64,000 bases of DNA, from NCBI GenBank assembly GCA_902610675.1, contig CACLWP010000005.1:4975-68974 (forward strand), read 5' to 3'. Made by a program: the position numbers and the translations under genes. Under the pieces are notes generated by a model. That model saw only the letters and a program-made list of their open reading frames with translations, was not told the origin of the DNA and made no database searches. Positions 44,955 through 53,555 of this stretch are shown piece after piece; within the stretch, counting starts at the first letter, position 1; every line of letters begins with the position of its first letter. Source of the DNA: an uncultured Pelagibacteraceae bacterium. Lineage in GTDB: Bacteria; Pseudomonadota; Alphaproteobacteria; Pelagibacterales; Pelagibacteraceae.

Positions 44955-45471
44955 CTGCGTGAACTTTTTCATCCTTTTCATGTTTTTCTTGAGCCGCGAT
45001 AGTATACTTTGCAACAGGCCGCGCCATTAATCTTTTTAGACCAATTGGCTCAGCTGTATCAAGACAGTATCCATATATATCCTCTCTAATTCTTGCTAAA
45101 GCTTTGTCTATCTCCGATATTAGTTTTATTTGTCTATTAATAGATTTCATCTCAACATTTTTGTCTGTATATGAACTTGCCTGGTCAACAATATCTGCTG
45201 AAATACTATTATCATCCATACTTCCATTATAAAGAGCCTCATTGTTTGCTCTAACTAATTCTTTTTTCCATTCCTGTAATTTCATTCTGAAAAAAATTTT
45301 GTGTTTTTCACACATATATTTCTCAGTTTCCTTTGGAATATAGGTTTTAGAAATCTTGATAGGACCTTTTTTAATTTCTTTTGGTTTGCTAACTGTTTTA
45401 GGTTTAGTTCTATTTACAGTTTTAGTTTTAGCTTTTGTAACCTTTTTTTTTACTTTACTGTTTTTAGGCAT
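44947..45471 (-). CDS. dksA: RNA polymerase-binding factor DksA
   Basis: DIVDQA coiled-coil tip and YGYC...EPIGLKRLMARPVA. Confidence 0.94.
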   Translation of the reverse strand: MPKNSKVKKKVTKAKTKTVNRTKPKTVSKPKEIKKGPIKISKTYIPKETEKYMCEKHKIFFRMKLQEWKKELVRANNEALYNGSMDDNSISADIVDQASSYTDKNVEMKSINRQIKLISEIDKALARIREDIYGYCLDTAEPIGLKRLMARPVAKYTIAAQEKHEKDEKVHADD

Positions 45472-45486
45472 CTTTTAATTTGAATT

Positions 45487-45520
45487 CGTGGCAGTATATT
45501 CAGCAAATTAAGGGTGTCAA
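45487..45520 (-). promoter_or_regulatory. Candidate sigma70 promoter of dksA with GC-rich discriminator
   Basis: Minus strand reads TTGACA-N16-TATACT-GCCACG. Confidence 0.7.
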
Positions 45521-45549
45521 GCAACCTTAATTATTGTAAATATTTAATT

Positions 45550-46872
45550 ATGAATGTTTTAAACAGAAATATTAATAATATATTTTTTATTTTTGTATTA
45601 TCACATCTAATAATTTGGACACTGATTCCCACAGTAACAAATAAAAATTTACCACTAGATACTATAGAAGCTTTAGCATGGGGAAGCAATTTAGATTGGG
45701 GATTTAACAAGCATCCACCAATGAGTGCATTTTTTTCAGAAATTTTTTTTAATATTTTTGGCTCACAAGATTGGGCTTTCTATTTATTAAGCCAAATTTT
45801 TGTTGCGATTGCTTTTTATTACGTTTTCAAACTGGCTTATGAAATTTTACAAGACCTTAAATTAAGCCTAATTTCAGTATTGTTATTAGTTTCAATTTAT
45901 TTCTATAACTTCACTTCACCTGAATTTAATGTAAATGTTTGCCAATTACCTTTTTGGTCAATGGTTGTTTATTACTCTTGGAAAATTTACGACTCTAATG
46001 TGGTAAATTTATCAGATTGTTTCATTGTTGCAATATTTGGAGCGATAGGTTTCTTATCAAAATATTTATTCGTTTATTTATTAGTTTCAATTGATTTACT
46101 TTTTATTTATTTAATTTTGTTTAAAAAATCGAAAAAATTTGATTTTAAATATATAATAACTCTTGAAGTATTTATCGTTTTACTAGTACCCCATTTAATT
46201 TGGCTTTATGATAACGATTTCGTTACAGTTCTATATGGTCTAAAACGAACAGGTTTAGAATATGTCAGTATAATTAATCATCTTTATCAACCACTTATAT
46301 TTTTGATCAAACAAATTGGAATTTTAATTCCTTTCTTCTTTTTGGTTTGGTTACTAGTAAAAAAGATTAAATTTAGATTTAATCTAAAAGATAGGAAATT
46401 ACTTTTTTTGATAGCAATAAATGTTTTTCCAATCTTTTTAATGTTATTAACATCACTCATCACGGGTTCGAAAATTAGGACGATGTGGATGACACCCTTC
46501 TATTTATTTTTCGGAGTTTTTTTCGTCTATTTATTTAAATCTCAAATTAATTTAAAAAAAATTAATTCTTTTCTATTAGGTTTTTTGTTTCTATTTTTTC
46601 TTTCCCCGACAATTTATTCATATGTATCGATATCTCAAACTGATAAAAGAACAGATTACCCAGGTAAAGAAATTGCTATAAAAACTCAAATTACCTGGAG
46701 TCAAGAATTTGAAAAAGAAATTGAATTTGTTACTGGCGATGAATGGAAAGCAGGCAATCTCTCATATCACCTTAAATCAAGACCCATATGGGAAGGATTT
46801 ACTACTGATGAAATTTTAAACGATGCATCACAATTTATTTGTATAGGTGAAGTATGTTTAGGCAGATACTAA
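45550..46872 (+). CDS. Polytopic GT-C glycosyltransferase (ArnT/RgtABCD/PMT-like)
   Basis: Many TMs; LPLDTIEALAWG...WGFNKHPP loop, LSKY and PHLIW motifs. Confidence 0.82.
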   Translation: MNVLNRNINNIFFIFVLSHLIIWTLIPTVTNKNLPLDTIEALAWGSNLDWGFNKHPPMSAFFSEIFFNIFGSQDWAFYLLSQIFVAIAFYYVFKLAYEILQDLKLSLISVLLLVSIYFYNFTSPEFNVNVCQLPFWSMVVYYSWKIYDSNVVNLSDCFIVAIFGAIGFLSKYLFVYLLVSIDLLFIYLILFKKSKKFDFKYIITLEVFIVLLVPHLIWLYDNDFVTVLYGLKRTGLEYVSIINHLYQPLIFLIKQIGILIPFFFLVWLLVKKIKFRFNLKDRKLLFLIAINVFPIFLMLLTSLITGSKIRTMWMTPFYLFFGVFFVYLFKSQINLKKINSFLLGFLFLFFLSPTIYSYVSISQTDKRTDYPGKEIAIKTQITWSQEFEKEIEFVTGDEWKAGNLSYHLKSRPIWEGFTTDEILNDASQFICIGEVCLGRY

Positions 46873-46884
46873 AAAAAAAAATTA

Positions 46885-47754
46885 ATGAAAATTAAAATTT
46901 TAATCCCGATTTTTAATGATTGGCAATCAGTGCTCAAGTTATTAGATGAAATAAATAACTTATCCTTAGATAGTGAATTTCAGTTATCAATAATTATTTT
47001 AAATGATGCCTCAAATTTCGATCGTCCAGATATTGAAAATTCTTTTGATAATATTCAATCATTAAAGATTTTGAATATGAAACATAACCAGGGTCACGCT
47101 AGATGTATTGCAACAGGATTAAAGTACATTTTTGAAAAAGATGATTTTGATTTTGCTATTCCAATGGATGGAGACGGCGAAGATAGACCAGAGGAAATAA
47201 AAATTTTTTTAGAGCAGATAAAAGAATCTCATGAAAAGCCAATTGTTGGTGAAAGAATTAAAAGATCTGAAAGTGTGTTTTTTAAAATTTGTTATCAATT
47301 GCATAAGCTAACAACTTTAGTGTTTACTGGTAAATCAATTAAATTTGGAAATTACACTTGTTTACCAAAATCAACTGTAGAGAAAATGATTAAAGAAAAA
47401 TCTACTTGGAATAGTTTTTCTGGATCATTAAAGAAAATTGAAAACGATTTAATTTCAATTCCCTCTATAAGAGGATCAAGATATTTTGGACCTTCAAAAA
47501 TGAATTTTATGAATTTAATAAAACACTCGCTTTCAATTATGAGTGTTTTCAGAAAAACTTTTTTAATTCGATCAGCACTCTTTATAATTATATATATTTT
47601 GCTAATAAAGAGTAATGCCTCTATAGTTACTTCTGTACCATTAATCTTATTGTTAATTGCTGTCTACTCAGTGTCAAATTTAGCACTAAGAGAAAATATG
47701 GAGGAATTTAAGAATTCATTAAGTCAAATAAAAGATATTGAACAAATAAAATGA
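46885..47754 (+). CDS. GT2 glycosyltransferase, polyprenyl-phosphate sugar synthase-like
   Basis: LIPIFND, NDAS, NQGH, MDGDGED.P, R..GPSK and C-terminal TM pair. Confidence 0.85.
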   Translation: MKIKILIPIFNDWQSVLKLLDEINNLSLDSEFQLSIIILNDASNFDRPDIENSFDNIQSLKILNMKHNQGHARCIATGLKYIFEKDDFDFAIPMDGDGEDRPEEIKIFLEQIKESHEKPIVGERIKRSESVFFKICYQLHKLTTLVFTGKSIKFGNYTCLPKSTVEKMIKEKSTWNSFSGSLKKIENDLISIPSIRGSRYFGPSKMNFMNLIKHSLSIMSVFRKTFLIRSALFIIIYILLIKSNASIVTSVPLILLLIAVYSVSNLALRENMEEFKNSLSQIKDIEQIK

Positions 47755-50438
47755 AAAAAAAAGACCTATATTACGAGAGAATTCCAACAAAACTTTTAAG
47801 AGAAGATGTAAAATATTTAGGAGATACACTTGGAAAAGTAATTGCTACTCAAGAGGGCTCAAAGTTTTTTGATTTAGTAGAAAATGTTAGAAAATTATCA
47901 AAAGTAAACAAAAAAAATCCTAATCAAAAAAAATTGAATAGTAAAGTTATTGCAGCCATAAAAAAAATTAATCCACATAATACTTTTAAATTAACAAGAG
48001 CATTTTCACATTTTATGAATTTTATAAATTTAGCAGAATTAGTTGATGCTTCAAGAAGCTTGAATCAATACGAAAATAACAAAAAAAAATCAAATAAGCA
48101 GAATTTATTTATTGAAGAAATTTTTGAAGATTTATTTAAGAAAAAAGATATTTCAAATAATACAATTTATAATTTAGCTAAAAACTTAAATATTGGTATA
48201 GTTTTAACTGCCCATCCCACCGAAGTAAAAAGAAGAACTTTAATTCAAAAACATCATAGGATTATTGAAATACTGGAGCAGAGGGAGTTGTTAAAAAATT
48301 TTCCATCAAAATTGAAAACACTCGATAAAGAACTTTTTGATGAATTGACAGTTATTTGGAATACGGACGATTTAAAAAGAGTAAGACCATCACCATTTGA
48401 TGAAGCTAGGTGGGGACTTGCTATAATTGAAGATAGTTTGTGGGATACAGTTCCAAAAGTATACAGAAAATTAAACTCTATATTTGTAAAAAATATGGGT
48501 AAAAATTTACCAAAGAATTTTAACCCAATAGTATTTGGTTCATGGATGGGAGGTGATCGAGACGGTAATCCCAATGTAACTGCTGAAGTCACAAGAAAAG
48601 TAATCCTATTATCTAGATGGGAAGCTGCAAAACTATATGAGAAAGCTCTTACTAAAATAATAAGATCTTATTCTATGAAAAAATGCTCAAAAAAAATCCA
48701 AAAAAAAGTCGGAAAATCATTTGAGCCTTATAGAGTTTTTTTAAGACCTTTAAGGGATAAAATTCGACTAACTCACAGATCTATCGAACAACATTTAGTC
48801 AATAAAAAACCCTTAAATCACAAAGAATTGATCAATTCTCGTGAAGAAATATTAAAACCCTTAAGAGTAGTAAGAGAGTCTCTTGAGCAAAACCAAAACG
48901 AAAATATAGCTAGTGGTGAATTATTAGATTTGATGAGAAGAGCTAAATGTTTTGGTATCAATTTAGCAAGATTAGATATCAGACAAGAGTCTTCTAGACA
49001 CAGTCAATTGATAAACGAATTTGTAAAAAGAAAATATAATATAAGTTATTTAAAATTTAGTGAGGATAAAAGAATAGAATTCCTTAAAAAACACATACTT
49101 ACAAAAAAAAATCAAATAAATGATTTACAAATAAGAAATAAAGAAAACAAAGAGGTTTGGTCTACTTTTAAAATTCTAGCTAATGAACCCAGTGAAAGTT
49201 TAGGAGCCTATGTTATATCAATGACAACCTCAGCTTCTGATATACTATCTGTAGTATTTTTACAAAAGGAAGCAAAAATTAAAAATAAATTAAGAGTAGT
49301 TCCTTTATTTGAAACTTTGGATGATCTTATTAATTCAAAATCAATAATGCAGACTTTATTTTCACAAAGATGGTACAGAAAATTAATTAATAATAAACAA
49401 GAAGTGATGATCGGATATTCAGACTCCAGTAAGGATGCTGGTAAAATATGTGCGAGCTGGCATCAGTATAAGGCTCAAGAAGAAATAGTGAATTTGGCAA
49501 AGAAATTTAAAATAGAGGTAATTTTTTTTCATGGACGAGGTGGATCTGCAGGAAGAGGTGGTGGACCAATTCAAGCAACTCTCAGATCTTTACCTCCCAA
49601 CTCTGTTAACGGTAAAATTAGAATTACTGATCAAGGTGAAGTTATTCAGCAAAAATATGGTTATGAGCCTTTAGCTAATTATAATTTGTGTAGCTATATA
49701 GGTGCTGTAACTGAAGCTACTTTAAATCCACCACCGTCCCCAAAAAATAATTGGAGAAACCTTATCGAAAAAATGTCAGACATATCTAAAAGCTCATATA
49801 GAAAAAATATAAATCAAAGTTCAGAATTTATTAAATACTTTGAAACAGTCACTCCTCACAAAGCACTTGGAAAACTTTCAATAGGTTCAAGACCATCAAA
49901 AAGAAAAAATATTGATAATATAAAAAGTTTAAGAGCAATACCTTGGGTTTTTGCTTGGACACAAATTAGACTTATGCTTCCAGCATGGCTTGGGAGTGCT
50001 GAGGCCTTAAGATACTCTTACATAAATAAATTTAGAAGAACCTTATTGGATATGGAGAAAAATTGGCCATTTTTTAACTCTATGCTTGATACGCTAGATA
50101 TGGTGATTGCAAAAGCTGATCCTGAAATATCAAAAATATACGAAGAATATTTAGCAGACGATAGTTTAAGGAGAGTTGGAAAGAAACTTAGATTTCAGTT
50201 TGATGTTATTAAAAAATTGAATAAGAAAATTACACCTAAAGAAATTGCTGCTATTAGAAAACAATTTAGATCTCCAATTATCGCTAGAAGTATATACTCT
50301 GAGGTATTAAATATTATTCAACCTACCGTAATTAAAAAACTTCAAGTCAATAAAAACCCAAAAAATAAGCAATATCTAAACGATGCTTTGTTGACTTCAA
50401 TAGCTGGTATTTCAGCTGCAATGAAAAATACTGGTTGA
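47751..50438 (+). CDS. ppc: Phosphoenolpyruvate carboxylase
   Basis: VLTAHPTE, WMGGDRDGNP, QEVMIGYSDSSKDAG, FHGRGG, LRAIPWVF and C-terminal MKNTG. Confidence 0.98.
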   Translation: MKKKDLYYERIPTKLLREDVKYLGDTLGKVIATQEGSKFFDLVENVRKLSKVNKKNPNQKKLNSKVIAAIKKINPHNTFKLTRAFSHFMNFINLAELVDASRSLNQYENNKKKSNKQNLFIEEIFEDLFKKKDISNNTIYNLAKNLNIGIVLTAHPTEVKRRTLIQKHHRIIEILEQRELLKNFPSKLKTLDKELFDELTVIWNTDDLKRVRPSPFDEARWGLAIIEDSLWDTVPKVYRKLNSIFVKNMGKNLPKNFNPIVFGSWMGGDRDGNPNVTAEVTRKVILLSRWEAAKLYEKALTKIIRSYSMKKCSKKIQKKVGKSFEPYRVFLRPLRDKIRLTHRSIEQHLVNKKPLNHKELINSREEILKPLRVVRESLEQNQNENIASGELLDLMRRAKCFGINLARLDIRQESSRHSQLINEFVKRKYNISYLKFSEDKRIEFLKKHILTKKNQINDLQIRNKENKEVWSTFKILANEPSESLGAYVISMTTSASDILSVVFLQKEAKIKNKLRVVPLFETLDDLINSKSIMQTLFSQRWYRKLINNKQEVMIGYSDSSKDAGKICASWHQYKAQEEIVNLAKKFKIEVIFFHGRGGSAGRGGGPIQATLRSLPPNSVNGKIRITDQGEVIQQKYGYEPLANYNLCSYIGAVTEATLNPPPSPKNNWRNLIEKMSDISKSSYRKNINQSSEFIKYFETVTPHKALGKLSIGSRPSKRKNIDNIKSLRAIPWVFAWTQIRLMLPAWLGSAEALRYSYINKFRRTLLDMEKNWPFFNSMLDTLDMVIAKADPEISKIYEEYLADDSLRRVGKKLRFQFDVIKKLNKKITPKEIAAIRKQFRSPIIARSIYSEVLNIIQPTVIKKLQVNKNPKNKQYLNDALLTSIAGISAAMKNTG

Positions 50439-50449
50439 TAGTGTTTTTT

Positions 50450-51730
50450 TTAGATAGCTCTAATTGTTGGTAGACAATAAAAGTCAGCTGTATCTATTTT
50501 AGAAGAATATTGTCTTCTCATGTTCCATTTTTTATGAACACCTGCACTTGCAAGACTTAGTGTAGATCTTCCATACCTATAGTTGGTATTGTCAATTGAT
50601 TGCATTAAAGTTTTTATTTTTTCGTCTTTTTCTGAGGAAAATAAATTTTTTCTACCATCATCATTACGTAGTCCTGTTAGCATAACTCCTGCTTTCTGAT
50701 ACCGATATCCATTTTTAAAAATACTTTCTAAAATTGAAATTGCAGTTTTAACAGTTTCAATACTATTATTTGTTGCAATTGGAAAATCAATTGTCTTTGC
50801 ATTTGAATAATAACCGTAGTCTCTTTGAAAAGGACTAGTTCTGACAAAAACTGTAATTGCTTTTGCAACTAAAGACTCTGATCTAATTTTCTCAGAAGCA
50901 TTCAAACAATAGTTTGCAACCGCCTCTTTTAGTTCTTGGAATTTTTCAATTCTTTTTCCAAATGATCTTGAAACTACACAGCTCTTTCTTTTTGTATGCG
51001 TTGTCTCTAAATCAATACACGGTACCCCTCTAAGTTCCATTGCAGTCCTAGAACTTAAAACATTGGAACATTTTTTGATCCATGTATTTGATTTATTTTT
51101 AAGTTGTTTTGCATTATAAATTCCGTTTTTTTGATAAAACTTCGTAAGTTGTCTGCCAACGCCCCACACATCATTAATCTCAACTTTTTCTAAGATAGGA
51201 TCTAAGTTTTCAATTCCAATTAAACTAGTAACACCTGATTGTTTTTTCTTTGCAATATGATTTGCAACTTTACTTAAAGTCTTAGTTTTAGCAATTCCAA
51301 TACTAGTTGGAATACCTGTCCATTGTAAAACTGTTTCTCTGATTTCTCTCCCAACTTTTTCAACATCAGAGTCTGGAAAGTTAGATAAATCTATAAATGC
51401 TTCATCAATTGAGTAAACTTCTATTTCAGTATTAAATCTTTTAAGTGTTCTCATTACCCTTCTAGATAAATCTCCGTATAAAGAATAATTTGATGAAAAA
51501 ACTTCAACTTTATTTTTAACAATAATATCTTTTGCTTTAAAATAAGGTTCACCCATTTTAATTCCTAAAGCTTTTGCCTCATTAGATCTTGAAATTATAC
51601 ATCCATCATTATTTGATAACACAACTACAGGTTTTTTTCTTATTTTTGGATTGAATAATCTTTCACATGAAACATAGAAAGAATTACAGTCAACTAAAGC
51701 TAATTTTTTAGTACGTTGAATGGATGACAT
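50450..51730 (-). CDS. umuC: Y-family DNA polymerase V catalytic subunit
   Basis: DCNSFYVSCE, VVLSNNDGC, SSNY.LYGDLS.R, YSIDEAF and W.MRR...S motifs. Confidence 0.94.
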   Translation of the reverse strand: MSSIQRTKKLALVDCNSFYVSCERLFNPKIRKKPVVVLSNNDGCIISRSNEAKALGIKMGEPYFKAKDIIVKNKVEVFSSNYSLYGDLSRRVMRTLKRFNTEIEVYSIDEAFIDLSNFPDSDVEKVGREIRETVLQWTGIPTSIGIAKTKTLSKVANHIAKKKQSGVTSLIGIENLDPILEKVEINDVWGVGRQLTKFYQKNGIYNAKQLKNKSNTWIKKCSNVLSSRTAMELRGVPCIDLETTHTKRKSCVVSRSFGKRIEKFQELKEAVANYCLNASEKIRSESLVAKAITVFVRTSPFQRDYGYYSNAKTIDFPIATNNSIETVKTAISILESIFKNGYRYQKAGVMLTGLRNDDGRKNLFSSEKDEKIKTLMQSIDNTNYRYGRSTLSLASAGVHKKWNMRRQYSSKIDTADFYCLPTIRAI

Positions 51731-52103
51731 AAGTCACAACCCCCCAAATAAAAACATCTTCTTCTTCGTTAATTAAAATTCTATTAGAAAAGTCTTTAGA
51801 CCCAGATGATAGAAATTTTTTATCTCTTTCTTGAACTAAAGTTTTAACCACAAGTTCATCATGAACATTTGCAATAACAGTTGAAAAGTTTTTTGGTTTT
51901 AAGCTTTTATCGACAACTAATAGGTCTCCATCATTAATTCCAACATCCACCATGGATTTTCCCTGAACTCTGATAATAAAAGTAGCTGGAACGTTTTTGA
52001 TTAAATGCATGTTTAGATCAATATCTTCTTCGATATAATCAGTGGCAGGTGAGGGAAAACCAGCGCCAGCTTTATGCAGATAATAAGGAATAGTGAGCTT
52101 CAT
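51708..52103 (-). CDS. umuD: DNA polymerase V subunit UmuD (S24 autopeptidase)
   Basis: AG|FPSPA-type cleavage region (A14-G15), GKSM serine, VVK lysine; no DNA-binding domain; overlaps umuC. Confidence 0.92.
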   Translation of the reverse strand: MKLTIPYYLHKAGAGFPSPATDYIEEDIDLNMHLIKNVPATFIIRVQGKSMVDVGINDGDLLVVDKSLKPKNFSTVIANVHDELVVKTLVQERDKKFLSSGSKDFSNRILINEEEDVFIWGVVTYVIHSTY

Positions 52104-52118
52104 GTTCTTGTTTTGTTC
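52104..52118 (-). promoter_or_regulatory. Alphaproteobacterial LexA (SOS) box for umuDC
   Basis: GTTC-TTGTTTT-GTTC (GAAC-N7-GAAC on the minus strand) directly abutting the umuD ATG. Confidence 0.85.
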
Positions 52119-52121
52119 TTA

Positions 52122-52150
52122 TTTGTAGCGCACTTATACAATGTAGTCAA
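52122..52150 (-). promoter_or_regulatory. Candidate sigma70 promoter for umuDC
   Basis: Minus strand TTGACT-N17-TACAAA, just upstream of the LexA box. Confidence 0.5.
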
Positions 52151-52263
52151 TAGGTTGTATTTTGAGTCCGTAATTGAATCAAAAGTGAATCAAAACGTGA
52201 ACATCAAAACTATATTTTGTATGCTTGTGGATAACTTCAACCAAGGATAGTTTAAATTATCAA

Positions 52264-52626
52264 ATGAAAAAATTAATTTGTCATTGTGGAGCTGTTGAAG
52301 CAGAAATAAATTTAGATGGAGATTTAGCTAAAGTAATAAAATGTAACTGTTCTATTTGTAAAAGAAAAGGAGCAATCATGTCGATGGTAAAAAATGAAGA
52401 TTTTAAAATTACCAAAGGAGAAGACAAATTAAAACTTTATCAATTTCATTCAAAAGTTGCCAAACATTACTTTTGCTCTGATTGTGGAATTTATACTCAT
52501 CACAACCCAAGAATAAATCCATCGATGACAGGATTCAATGTTGGGTGTATTGATGAAATAAATACTTTTGATATAAAAGAAGTTCCTGTAAACGATGGTC
52601 AAAATCATCCTTTAGATAAAAAATAA
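52264..52626 (+). CDS. GFA/CENP-V family zinc protein
   Basis: CHCGAV, CNCSIC and HYFCSDCG motifs; ATG at 52264. Confidence 0.92.
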   Translation: MKKLICHCGAVEAEINLDGDLAKVIKCNCSICKRKGAIMSMVKNEDFKITKGEDKLKLYQFHSKVAKHYFCSDCGIYTHHNPRINPSMTGFNVGCIDEINTFDIKEVPVNDGQNHPLDKK

Positions 52627-52631
52627 TTTTC

Positions 52632-53555
52632 ATGGAACAATTCAGTTTATGTTTTGGAAGAGTAAAAAAAGATTGTTTAAAATTCATTAAGTCTCAAGAA
52701 ACAAAAGCTGATAAATTTAAGAATAAAGAAAGAATGATTAAGTCTTTCTTAATTCCATTGTGTTTTTGGATTAATAAAAAAGCTAATAAAACAAGACCTT
52801 ATTTTGTGGGTTTAGCAGGGGGTCAAGGTACCGGTAAAACTACGATTAGCTCTTTAATCAGAATAATTTTGACTAAATACTTTAAATTAAATGTTTTTAG
52901 GATTTCAATAGATGATTTTTATAAAACAAGAAAAGAGCGAATAAACTTATCAAAAAGAGTTCATCCTATGCTTCTAACAAGAGGAGTTCCTGGAACACAT
53001 GATATAAATATGATGTTAAATTTCTTTAGAAAGTCAAAAAGTAAGAAATTCAAAAGGGTAAAATTACCAACATTTAATAAGGCCATCGATGACAGGTATA
53101 ATAAAAAAAAATGGTATGATTTAAAAAAGAAACCAGATGTAATCATTTTTGAAGGGTGGTGTGTTGGTGCGAAATCTGAGAAAAATACCACTTTAAATAA
53201 AGCAATAAATTCATTGGAAAGAGCAAAAGACCAAAAAAAAATTTGGAGAAAACATGTTAACCATCAACTAAAATCAAAGTACAAAAACTTATACTCACAA
53301 TTAAATTGTTTAATTTATCTTAAGGCAAAAAATTTTAGCTTATTACAAAAATGGAGATTAAAACAAGAGAGGAAACTTTGGGTGAAAAGTAAAGTAAAAT
53401 CGAAAATAATGAGCAGGGAAGATGTATTAAATTTCATGCAAACTTATCAAAGAATAACCCAAAACATGTTTAGAAATATGCCAAAGTATGCGTCAGTAAT
53501 ATTTAATTTAAATAGTAACCATCAAATTAAATCTGCTGTATATAAAAAGAAATGA
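52632..53555 (+). CDS. P-loop kinase resembling plant-type D-glycerate 3-kinase / Tda10 family
   Basis: GGQGTGKTT, SIDDFY, TRGVPGTHD, P.FNKA.DDR, FEGWCVG and WRLKQE motifs. Confidence 0.75.
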   Translation: MEQFSLCFGRVKKDCLKFIKSQETKADKFKNKERMIKSFLIPLCFWINKKANKTRPYFVGLAGGQGTGKTTISSLIRIILTKYFKLNVFRISIDDFYKTRKERINLSKRVHPMLLTRGVPGTHDINMMLNFFRKSKSKKFKRVKLPTFNKAIDDRYNKKKWYDLKKKPDVIIFEGWCVGAKSEKNTTLNKAINSLERAKDQKKIWRKHVNHQLKSKYKNLYSQLNCLIYLKAKNFSLLQKWRLKQERKLWVKSKVKSKIMSREDVLNFMQTYQRITQNMFRNMPKYASVIFNLNSNHQIKSAVYKKK

